Part shown: piece after piece, positions 49,035 to 60,110 of the stretch | How positions within the stretch are numbered: the first letter of the stretch is position 1 | How the letters are laid out: every line of letters starts with the position of its first letter | Source: Lama guanicoe | Taxonomy: Eukaryota | Length of the DNA stretch: 64,000 nucleotides | Direction: 5' to 3' | NCBI GenBank assembly: GCA_013239625.1 | Contig: MU053881.1 | Location: 9,013,957-9,077,956 of the forward strand | Made by a program: the position numbers and the translations under genes | The notes under the pieces: generated by a model | Seen by the model: only the letters and a program-made list of their open reading frames with translations | Databases searched by the model: none | Told to the model about the DNA's origin: nothing

Positions 49035-51174
49035 TAATGCATTCTTTTTAATGCTTTATAGCATTCGTTGCAGGCAGCACGTAGCATATATTTATACATG
49101 GCTTTGGGCTGGAAGTCTCTGGGCTAACTGTAGCCAAGGCCGTTGCGGGGCATGGGATGACACTGTGAGAAGGAAGGGTAAAAGACTGGTACGAATGTTA
49201 GCGTCTGTGCTTCCATGTGTGTGCAAGAGAGAACGCAAGGACAAGAGAGAGAGGGAAAGAGACAGCACACCAACAAGGACTTCTGAAGAAAATAAACACA
49301 GCAGTTCTGGGAAAAACATTTCCTATTTAAAGGATACACACTGTGGCCAAACCAGCCCTTCCTTCATTAAAACAAAGTGAAATTCAATGAGGAACACGGC
49401 ACCACAGAGAGAAGATCCAAACCAGAACATCAACGTATAAACAGGTGTGTCGGCGAGGTGGTCATGGACTCACTCACTCAAGAGATGACTTGGAAGGACT
49501 TGGAGACAGAACTTTCCCAAGGAAAGACACGATACTGAGACCCGAGTGGTTCCGTCCTTCATGACCTTGTGTATGGGATTTGGTCACCTGTGTGTGGAAG
49601 TTCAGGTGTTATTTATTTCACTGTGTAACTGAACGAATGGGTGAGCAGAGTTAGCAGGGTTTGCTCCTTAAATAGTTAAATCAGTGTGTCATAAACCTTA
49701 TTATATATATATTAAACCTTTCTTGGTATTTCAGGATGATTCCTCTTCTGCCTAAAAGATGTCAATAATCCTCCCCCAGATCTCGTCAAAGGCAGAGAAC
49801 ATACTTTACAGTTTTCTGTAACTGTTGCAATCTTCAAAATGTTGTGAAAACTCCTTACACAGAATAAGCCAGGTGGTTTGATTAAAACAGGATACACCTC
49901 TCCTTGCCAAAGCAAATATTCTCTAAAAAGGGTTGGTAAGTGACATTTAAAGAAATATATTTGAGTGAGTTCATGTTTATGACAACACCCATGTAAATCA
50001 CAGTAAGGAGAGGTCAGATGAAAACTTAGCAGCCATCATTAACATACAAAAACATTCCTACAGTGATGGAGACGGGTCCTTTCCCATTGCAGAGCTGAGC
50101 ACACCACAATACAGTAATAATAAAAGCTGCAACTCTGAGTCCCACTAACCACGATGCAGGCACTTTTTGGCCAACACCTTATTCTTAACAGTCAGTGAGG
50201 GGGACTCTGAGCTTTCCGGTTTTCCAAAGGAGGACAAAGAAGCAGACCTCAGGGTACCACGTTATTTTTCCTTCTTAACGGAAACTTCAGAAGCTACACC
50301 GAGTGAGAATGAGTAATTGCTACCTTATGGTAATTTCATGCAGAGTCATTTGAAACTGATACTAAAAAAAAAACAAAAAAAAAAAACCATCCTCATGAAA
50401 ATGTCGGTTTTTTACGTTTCCACCTTTCAAAGCAGTTCAGAGTATTCCTAACTTCACGTGTATACACAGCTTTCGCCAAGTCAAAAAGGTGCCACGTTTA
50501 ACCACGAATTTGCAACTTACGCAAAAACCCCACCGCCTGCGACAGTGGGGGGGAATGTGATGCTTGGGAAAAAGAACACAGAAGTTCCATTTTCCACAGA
50601 GCTGCCACAGTACTTGTGTGTATTTCTCTAGCTGCTGTTGCTCAGGAAGTGCTACTGGTCACACTGATAAAATGCGGCAGTCCCTTCATATTAACATAAA
50701 TACTTTACCTGAAAAATTTCTGCTGTTCTTTTGAAGCTGAAATTAATTCACATGTTGTTTTCCCTGGAGTTCCCCCCTCAAAACTTACTAGTTTGTTTTT
50801 TTCTTTAAGACTGTGTGTAGTGGTGCTGAACCACGTATGATTTCTAAACAGAGATTTTATTTTCCCAGTGCATGCTATGCTAAAAAGCAGGATAATAGTA
50901 CTGAACATAGAATCAATACATATTCAAATGGCGTCTGTTTCTTTGGCTTTGAAAACGCGGGCTGAATTGTAATATCCACAATCTACTGTTAACAGTATCA
51001 AGCCATTAATGGCTGGCTTTGCGCTTCCTCTGAAGACTGATTTCATATAACCCAGGCAAGCTTGGCCAGGCTGATTTAATCAGCCTGCTTCTTTGCCCTG
51101 AGAGAGGACGCCGAGAAGATGCTTGCAGGTGCGTTGGTGTACCAAGATCAGGGAGGAGCAAAGGCTCTGAAGAA

Positions 51175-51485
51175 GGATGCTCTGAGTTCAAATCCCAGCT
51201 CAGCCCTTTCCTAGTTATGCGAAGCCTGAACCAAGCACCAAAACTTTGCCTTCTCAACAACAAATGGGATGGTATTAACCACCTCAGAGGCAGAGCCATT
51301 ACACTGCCATACACCCAAAGCCACCGTGTGTGTCAGTTTGTACAAATGATGCCCTTTGGAGTTGTGCAGTGCACAACCTGAGCATGCCAGCCTGTTCAAC
51401 GGTTGTAGGGATTCCAGCTGTTCCGTTTATAAAACACTTAGCTTAGCCCCTAGCGTGTAGTTAAGTCCCCCGGGAATGCTAGCTC
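51175..51485 (+). mobile_element. MIR SINE interrupted by a MER91-like hAT element (~51290-51395)
   Basis: MIR 5' part 'tctgagttcaaatcccagctcagcc', then insert 'tgccctttggagttgtgcagtgcacaacctg', then MIR resumes with 'ggttgtagggatt...taaaacacttagc'. Confidence 0.75.
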
Positions 51486-51779
51486 TTTTTCTTTCTTTTG
51501 TCTTAACATAGATTATCTATGGCTCCCTGTTTAACACTCCCATCTTTAAAAGACTTAAGGAACATGCTGTAGTCCACGTTCCATGTGATTTCCCTATCAA
51601 GAGAGCAATGGGATTTTGTACACTTCCTGAATCAAGTAATCTTTATGTCTTTTCAGAAAAACTATTTACAAATTTCATCCTGTTTTTTTTTTTTAAATGT
51701 ATGATGTCTTGAAGAGCTCTGAGGAACTCAAGACATCCTCAAAGATGCAATATATTAATGCACTGATAGATGTCAGTTT

Positions 51780-51990
51780 GGACTCACAGTGGGTCCAATT
51801 CCAGCTCTCTGTGAGATTTACCCAAGGTAGTTAACTGTTCAAGCCTCCGTTTCCTTATTTGCATACTGGGGATGGTGATAATTTCTATCCTATAGCCATT
51901 GTTGGGGTGGGTGAGGAAGTTACTGCCTAGCAAACTGTTCAGCAAAAACCCTGGCTCGTAGTTCATACTAAACAAATCTCTGCTACATTG
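51780..51990 (+). mobile_element. MIR SINE
   Basis: 'gttaactgttcaagcctccgtttccttatttgcatactggggatggtgataat'. Confidence 0.8.
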
Positions 51991-53554
51991 TTACTAGCTG
52001 CCAGTCTGCATCTCCCAGCCACCAACAGAGGGATATTAGATCCAGAAGCCTCTTAAACTGCAAGCCGTGTCACGGGCATGTTGCCCCATGAACTCAGCAT
52101 GGTTCGGAATTCTTAGAAAGATAATCAGCAGGGCATTGTTCGAGTTGTATCCTGGCTGTTGTGGGGACTTGTTCAGGGCACTGGTAAGGAGCTGCATGAG
52201 ATATAGCTGCTTCACCTATAAAGGAAGGCGATTGGATTTGGGGGCTGTCTAAAGAGGTTTCTTCAAGTATTGGATCCTCTGATTTCAACAGAGGTAGAAT
52301 TTTCATTTGGATTTTTCTATTGCTTTTTAGTGACCTCGTTAGAGTCTGGATGTTAACACAGGTGGCCATCCCTGCTCCATGTTCTTAAGTTTTGCTGAGC
52401 TGATGGATCAAAGTATTCTTTTCATTAAGCGTGAATGAGGCCTCAGAATCCTGCTCAACACAGAATTCCAGAGCACTGGGTCTCAAGCCGTCTAAGTTTT
52501 GATTTGAAGGACCCAACATAGTGGCCATCTCTATTAATAATGAAACATCTTAAGTACTTAGGACTGTGTTCTGTAACAGCCACGGGCATTTCTTTCCACT
52601 TCTCCTGACCAAACGTGGACTTTCACAGCTGGCTAACGATAGAATGCACTTTCAATTTCAGGGAATTTACACTTTCAAAGGTACTTCATTAATTCCTGTA
52701 GGTCATATTTCTGGGAGTCCTTATTCTGTTCCTCCCACTGTGCTTTTCCAAGCAATGTCAGGGGCAGACAGGCAACGAACAGGCACCGTGGTGAGTTAAA
52801 GCGTGATGGCATTGAGAAGACGCGGGCGCCCAGCAGGTGGGTAAGGAGACAGTGGATCAATCCTGGGAATGCAGGGATTGTTTCCAGGAGGAGGTACTGG
52901 GTGAGAATGTTCTAACACAAGGAACAGTGTGGCCGAAGCCTGACGGAGAGGCAGCCATGGTGGTCTGGTTGGGAAGTGCTGTCACTCTGAACAGAAAAGC
53001 CTCGTGTATGGTGAGAGACACAAAGACCAGGAGCGGACCAGAAGTCAGCATCTTATAGGAGGAAATGCAGAGCTTTTAACCTGAGGGGTAATTCTAAAGG
53101 TTAAAAACAAAAAACAAAAAACACACCACACCTGGGTTTGGAGGGTGCTGGTAAAAGGAACATTAAAGAGAAGAGGGACTTTGGGTGCAGCTCAACTACT
53201 CAGATTACTCCAAGTAAAGGCTGCCTGCGCAGGCTAATCAGATCTGCACCCCAGGTCAGCTCACACAATGAGAAAATGTGGGGGCGGGGGAGAAAGGTCC
53301 CTCTCCGGCACTGGAGTTGGGCGTATTTTCTTGTCAACAATAAAGGCAAATACCAGAGTGCGTGTCTGGACCCTTGAATGAGAGCAATTTAATCACTTAG
53401 GGGGGTATTTGTTCAGTGATTATATTCAGAGCTCCTGAAGATTTATTTTTTCGTGTTAAGTAGCAAGTCATAGCAGCTGGGATGGTGGGTGTGTGAGCAC
53501 TGGGCACACAGGGCTACGAAAGGAAACTTAGACCCTGCTCGTTCAAACTTCTGT

Positions 53555-54440
53555 TTACAGATACACTGCCCAAGGCAAGGTGCGGTGAGAGGTGCTGGGG
53601 ATGAGGCAGTGAACAAATCGGGGTGCCTTCAAGGAGCTTATGGTCTAGTAAACAGACATTCAACGCATAAACGCATCATAAATCCATGATCGCAAATTGA
53701 GACAAATGCTTGTAAGGAAAGGTGGAGTGTAGAATGAAAGGTTCAGGTCAGAAAACTGTTTTTAAAAGTGGGGGGTCAAGGAGGCTGTAGAAGTAAAATG
53801 TATGCTGGGCTCTGAAAGGTGAACAGGAAAAGCAAGCAGACAGGTTTCCAGGTAGAGCCGTGTTTCTCAAGCGGCGGGACATGTGGCGCCGTCCGGGGGC
53901 ATTTTTGTCTGCTTCAGCTGCGGGGAGCTGGTGCGCTTGGCATCTAAGTGGTAGAGCCCAGGATGCTGCTAACAATCTTCAGACGCACAGGCCAGCCTCC
54001 CACTGCCAAGAATTACCTGGCTCAATTGTCAGTCATGCCAAGGTTGAGAAACTGAGCCAGGGCGAACAGCATCTCTACATCGGACGCCAAGGCAGGCAAG
54101 AACTGGGCAAGGGTGAGGAACTGAAGGAGGGTCAGGGGCTGAAGCGAGGACGGAGCATGAGCTGGGGCCCCAGAATTGTGGAGGGTCTGGTTGGCTGGCT
54201 GCCTTTGAGAGTTTGGAGGGCGGATGTCTCCCAGTGCAGTCATGAGCCTCTCGAGCATGGTTTGTAAGCAAGACAGCCGAAGCTGATTTGCTTAAGATCT
54301 TACTGGCTGCAGAGTGAGAAGGGAAGGTGACGAGGTGGAAAGTGAAGGGAAGAGCGCAGGGAGGCAGCCAGAGGAGACGCTGGGAGGCAACGCAGAGACT
54401 GCTGCTGCTGATGCACTGCGAGAACATGGCACCCAGGTAG
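53555..54440 (-). mobile_element. L2 fragment (hosting a MER20)
   Basis: 'gatacactgcccaaggcaaggtgcggtgagaggtgctggggatgaggcagtgaacaaa...tgccttcaaggagcttatggtctagt' and 'taagatcttactggctgcagagtgaga'. Confidence 0.8.
53858..54054 (+). mobile_element. MER20 (hAT-Charlie)
   Basis: 'ggcatctaagtggtagagcccaggatgctgctaacaatcttcagacgcacaggccagcc...gccaaggttgagaaactg'. Confidence 0.9.
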
Positions 54441-55342
54441 GCAAAACCTTCACATTAACGGAAACATTTGTCAGCGCCGAGTAACTGGACATTTTAGCTT
54501 GGAAAATTGAGTCTGCTCTTTCAAAAGAATACCTCATAATCCTTTTGCCATTTGTTTTCTTATTTCTATTGATTGGTTTACACGGTTACTGAGTACAAAG
54601 GAAAGGGAGCATCACCATCGTGGATAAAGATGAGTCAGTGGGCTCTGGACCCCGTAGTAACAACACTGCAGGCATTAAGATTAGAGGTGTGGTAAGGAGC
54701 TGCATGAGATAATGCTGTCCTACTCCACAGATAATATGGGGGAGGCATTTCCCCTACTCCTGCTCTGTGAGTTTCAAGAGTCATCTCAAGTTTTAACCTT
54801 ATTTTACTTTGGTTTTCCTACCTCTGCTGGCTCTGGCATGAGAAGATGGAGGAGGATTTGTGTGTTTAATCAGGGGCTTTTCCCCTTAATATCAGAGCTG
54901 TGGTGAGACATGGTAAAGTTTCTTGGTTTGCTCTTTTTCAGAAACATAGGTTTTCCTTCGAAGAAGAAAACACCAACAGACAATCTAGCCTAGATAGCTT
55001 TTCCCCAAATACTAAGCTTTCCCCTAAATACTCACCCTTCACAATACATGTCTCATGGTCACTCCCAGCTCATGTAAAACCTGGACTCGTCTTTATTTAG
55101 CATTTTTCTGTCAGTCCTTTTTTTAAATCACTGTTCTAAATGGAAAATCCACTTCACCAGACATGAATAGAAGACAGTTTTAAAAATAAACTTTAAAGGA
55201 TTCAATACAGTGAGGTTAAATTCTAGCTAAATATTCTTGTCTGATAAAGAGATAAAATGTGAAGCTTCTAACTGCTGAAAAGTGAAATTCACTGGTTTTA
55301 GAGAAACATTAAAGTCAATCGTCAAACAGACTTTCCTTATGA

Positions 55343-55652
55343 CAGGAGTCAGCAAACTTGCCCAGAGATTATTCTTGTACAAACAGCAAGCCAAGGATGA
55401 TTTTTACATTTTTAAATGGTGGGAAAAAATAGTATTTTATGACACATAAAAATGACATACAATTGAAATCTCAGCGTCCATAAAAAAAAAAAAAGTTGAC
55501 TGAGAGTCTCGCCTCTCACTTGTGAATTAATTGTCTGCAGCTGTTTTTTGGCTAAAATGGCTGAGTTGAACTCTACCCCAGAGACCACATGGCCTGCAAA
55601 ACCTAAGATTTCACTACCTGCCGTTTATACAAGAAGTTTGCCTACCTCTCCT
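55343..55652 (+). mobile_element. MER58B-like hAT-Charlie element
   Basis: Begins 'caggagtcagcaaact' and ends 'cagagaccacatggcctgcaaaacctaagatttcactacctgccgtttatacaagaagtttgcctacc'. Confidence 0.88.
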
Positions 55653-56404
55653 ACGTGAGCTGAAATTATTTAAAGCCACATCAGGTGCTGTACCTAAATT
55701 CCATCCTGTTACCACCTGTGGGCTACGTAGCTCCCACACTGGAAAATTCTGCTCTGTGTTTGAGCAGAGTTGAAGACTGGGGTTTTGAATCTCACAACAA
55801 GCAATCAAGCTTCAGAGAAGTGTGTATCCCTTTGGGAAATGACAGTATCAAAAACAACAGTAGATGAATACTGCATAGTAGCGTGTAGACTTGTATGCAA
55901 ATTTCTGGCTCTTAGGTGTAGCCAGACGGGGAAAAGCTACTGGATTAAGTGTGCTGGCTGTCTGCTCCGGCTATGGGGTGGGGGTTGGGGGGATGGGCTA
56001 TTTATCTACATGTGAGGATCAATTTTTTTGCCTCCCTAGAAACATAAAAATCCATTCTGATGAACCACGTGACTACACGGTCCAGTTTCAGGGAGCTTCT
56101 ATACTTGGTTTCTCTCGACGCATTTAACACAACCAATGAGAGCTTCTTACGCGCGCCCAGAGATGAGAAAGGACCCAGTTCTCAGAAGTGTGAGGAAGGA
56201 AAGAAACGATTCGCAAGCTCCCTCTGCCCCAACAAGACTCCAACCACTCAGCTCACGTAAAGCACAACAAAGCAGCGACGGAGGGAAGAGTTCACCGTGA
56301 AGGCATCTCCCATGAAAACAAGACTGCGTCCACTGCTCCGTAGACGCAGTCTGGAGCACAGTTCGCCTCTAATTTGCCAAAGTTAGTTGCAGAAAATAAA
56401 GCTG

Positions 56405-56720
56405 AGTTACCTCTAGTCCTGGGGAGATGGACGCTCCGCTCCTCGCGGCTCCTCGCTGGGCTGTGCCGAGAGCAGCCTGGGCTGGGGCTGGGGCTGGGGG
56501 TGGGGGTGGGGCTTTAAAAGCCTGATTCCGAAGCCACACCCCCCAACCAAGCCATCAGCATGAGTTCCGTGAGGACGCCCAGGTGATGCTAATGTGCGGA
56601 CACGGCTGAGAACCACTGCTCTGCGACTGCCCTACCCGGAGCCCCGATGCCCACGAGGTTGTTAAACGGGCTCATTCGGGGTGAGGTGGGGGGATGGGGG
56701 CGGAACGCTGGGGGCAATGT
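56405..56720 (-). promoter_or_regulatory. GC/CpG-enriched promoter-like segment with G-quadruplex motif and downstream splice donor
   Basis: Six G-tracts at 56479-56511 and locally elevated CpG. The minus strand reads TTTTAAAG, CCCCACCC boxes, a GC-rich leader and then GAG|gtaact at 56411/56410. Confidence 0.35.
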
Positions 56721-57609
56721 CGATTCAGAAGGCTGAAGATGGTTGCAGAGCTCTGATAACACGGAAATCTCAACTCGAGGTTTACGGTGGCTGTCTGAAA
56801 ATCTTAAACAAATGGAATTGTAAAAAGTTCACTGAACCAATTAGTCTCTTCTGCTTCCATGATTTCAGTTATTTTTTAAAGTTGAAAGGGATGATTTTGC
56901 TGGATTCCTTGAGTTTCACCCTTAAGCTAAACCTTCAGGGAACTGGCCCCCCCAGTACAGGATATTCCCTTCCCATTCCTGAGAGCACGACTGACTAGGG
57001 TGTGCTAGCCAGTATACTTTGAGATATAAATCAAACGTAGCATTAAATTCTATCCACGTATGGATTTTGCTACTGGGTACAGAGTCATCCAAGCTGTATC
57101 TCCTCTGTCATCAACCCCAGTCCCTTCACTCCAACTCATGCTTAATAACTCTTGCATTAATCCACTTTTTTTTTTGGCCTAAAAATCTCTTAAAAGGCAG
57201 TTGACAGGGGTGCAGCGTCCGTTGCTGGCATAGGACAGTTACCCAGTCTCCAGTTTACCCACTGAGACTGTTCCTTACGAGATTAATTTTTGAGTCACCT
57301 GAATCAAGCCTTAATTGAATCAAGCCCAACTTTTTTTTTTCTAGGAAACCTATCCATCTTTCAGGAAAATTAGGTAACCATTTAAAAATGCATTTACTAA
57401 AATCCTAACTTCATATACCAAGGGTCAAATGAAATTTGGAGGTGGGATTTTTTTTTAACCTTTAAAGTTCCATTATTATCACTTTGTCCATACTCAACAC
57501 CAACACCACGTTTGGCTGGTCCCTGGGCACAAGGTTTCTCAGACTTCGGAGGTTTGGCAGGCAATTTCTGGCAATGGAATGGTCTGAGTTAATCTTCCCA
57601 GAGGTTATG

Positions 57610-57840
57610 ATATTTGCATTTATTAGACAGCATAACTACGAAATGCCAAGCACACTGTATTCAGAGCTTATCACAAACCCACGAGTTGGACAATATTATC
57701 TCTAATTACAGATGAAAAACCTGAAGCTCACCAAGGCGACGTGAAATGCCCCATATCACAGTTTAATCAGTGGCCGTTCTGTGGTTCAGACCCAGGGCTG
57801 TCTGACTCTAAAGCCTGGTCTCTCACTTTCTACGCCATTC
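57610..57840 (-). mobile_element. MIR SINE
   Basis: 'tattatctctaattacagatgaaaaacctgaagctcacc...ttcagacccagggctgtctgactctaaagcctg'. Confidence 0.88.
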
Positions 57841-58296
57841 TGCCAACTGGATGTAGGCAAGCCAGCCAGGCAGCCCTTCAGGGGACCAATGGGAGAACTC
57901 GAAATGGCCACGTTCCCAGCACAAGCGTGTGCATGCAGCACTGTGGTCCATCTGCCACCACGCTGCTGTGCATTGATGTCATGCTAGAAGAAAGCCCAAA
58001 GGCCATTTGGGCAGCTTCTCAGTAGCTTGCCATTTTATTTGTTAGCCTAATTGATCTTTTTCCTCGGGGAGAGGCACCTGACTCCTGGTCTCCCTACCAT
58101 ATTGCAGACAGGGCATGAAGAAGTAGAGTTGGTTCTGCCAGCACACATACACAAAGTGGACAAGGCTTTGAGGTATACATTATAAAAATCATGAATACAT
58201 ACTTAACTGCTTTCAATAAAGGCGTCTGTGTCTTCAGGTGCTGACCATGAAGTTCTGTCTCCAGTAATCCCCCCCGAGGGAGTAATCCCCACATAT

Positions 58297-58468
58297 CAGC
58301 CCAGGCTCTGGTTGCGTCCAGTCACCTGAGAGGCTAATGAAAAACACAGATTCCTAAGCTTCACCCAAGACAAACCGAATCAGACTTTCCAGGGGTGATG
58401 ATCTGGAAACTGTGTTGCCCACAAAGCCCCAGGTGATGATATCGCACAGCCGGAATTGGGAACTAATT
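58297..58468. mobile_element. MER5-like hAT-Charlie MITE
   Basis: 'agtcacctgagaggctaatgaaaaacacagattcctaagcttcacccaagac...gaatcagactttccagggg...aaagccccaggtgat'. Confidence 0.8.
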
Positions 58469-58504
58469 CGGCAAGTTAGAGTGAATGGGGGCAATTGCCT
58501 CAGG

Positions 58505-58760
58505 CCAATTCATTTGACTTTTCAATAAGTATTTGTTGACCCAACACCCTGTGCCAAGCAGTCTTCTAGATTCTGAGAAGAAGCTGTGAACAGGACGACG
58601 TCTGTCATCTGGAGTTTACAGTCCAGTGAGGGAGAGCAGCAGTGCGCAAGCAGCCATGCTGCCGGGATGACAGAATTTCAGGTGGGTGGCATCACAGCGT
58701 GGTAAAGAAGGAAGGGAGACCGGGAGGGCTCCAAACAGCAAATCAGGGAGGCAGATGGTT
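58505..58760 (-). mobile_element. L2 3' end
   Basis: 'ttcaataagtatttgttgacccaacaccctgtgccaagcagtcttctag...ggagtttacagtccagtgaggg'. Confidence 0.8.
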
Positions 58761-59914
58761 GGGTAGGAAGGCAGAGAGTGATGAAAGAGGTATCCCCCTC
58801 TCCCACATGGTGCTCGAAAAATAGCTTAGACATTAACCACCCAGTTTTAGACTTCAGATCCAGAGCAACTTAGAAGTTAGGACAGATAGCGCGTTGCAAA
58901 GCACATGTCCGTGGGAAGGACAATGATTCAGGTTGGATGCCATGGCTAGGGTGCCGTCTGTCCCTCTTGCCTCTGCCTGTGGGGTTCCTCCTCCATCATC
59001 TCCTTAGAGGTCCCCCTGGAGCACTCCCAGCTCTTCCACCCACCAGGAGCCTCTCCACCCTGATGTGGAGGAGAGTTGGGATTTGAACCAAGTTCTGTTT
59101 GATTGCATTGCTCAGGCTCTTTCTAAAATATCGTAAGACAAAATAGAGTAGAGGATTAATGTCTGGTGGTGGTGACGGGGAGTTGGGGCAGCACAATAGG
59201 ACTGGAAGATCTGGGACACAACAGAAAACTCTCGTCGTCAGTGCCATTGTCACTCACACACTATCCGCTTTAAACCGACCTTCCCTGGGGGAGATGCCGG
59301 CTGATGGAAGACACAGGGCAGCTTGCCTCAGGCTTCAACTTGCCTGTCTGGCTCTATTTCCTTCTCTTGAATTTTCCCAGAAAAACCAGAAGGGATTTTT
59401 CTTATTTGTCCCACGTCTTTTTTTTTCCCCCTCTTGAGCCAAGATGCAGAGATGGTATTTCTGCAGTCAGAGGATGAGTAGGTCTTACACATTTTGCATT
59501 TGAAAAGATGAGGAGAAACAAAGGTAAAGGTAGGTGAAGGTGGGGAATGGAAATCACAAGTGCATGAGACTGAGTGGACATTACAAATCACATTTCCAGT
59601 GTATCTCAGGGTTGTAGGACGATGGCCGCCCACCGAAATATGTCAGGCGGGGCAACGTGTCAAACTACATTGGATCTCTAGGACATTCTCACTGGAAATA
59701 CTTTGTTTCCAAATTTCTATCAAACTTTCTGATTATACCAATTAAGGAAAAAGCCTTGGTTTGTTGCTAGCAATTTCTTTAACAGTTTGCATTCCTCACA
59801 TACATCTTAAATTACATACATATAAATATATACATTGTATATGTTTACACATATATAGTATATGCCATATATATTTATAGATATGAGATAAATATATGCA
59901 ATTAAAAATTACAC

Positions 59915-60110
59915 ATGTATACCAAATTCTATTTGTTACCTTATGCTGGTGTTCCATTCTAAACAGTGATAAGTTTCCATTTTAAATACATTTTACGTTT
60001 AAAAGGGAGAATTTTTTACATAAAACATCAAGTAAATAAATTATAGGTGGTGTCACAGATGTGGCAAAAATCGTGGTGATGGAAAATGGCTGAAGTTTGA
60101 TAAATGCTAT
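59915..60110. mobile_element. hAT-Charlie fossil (Charlie7/MER119-like)
   Basis: 'aggtggtgtcacagatgtggcaaaaatcgtggtgatgg...gctgaagtttgataaatgct'. Confidence 0.6.
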
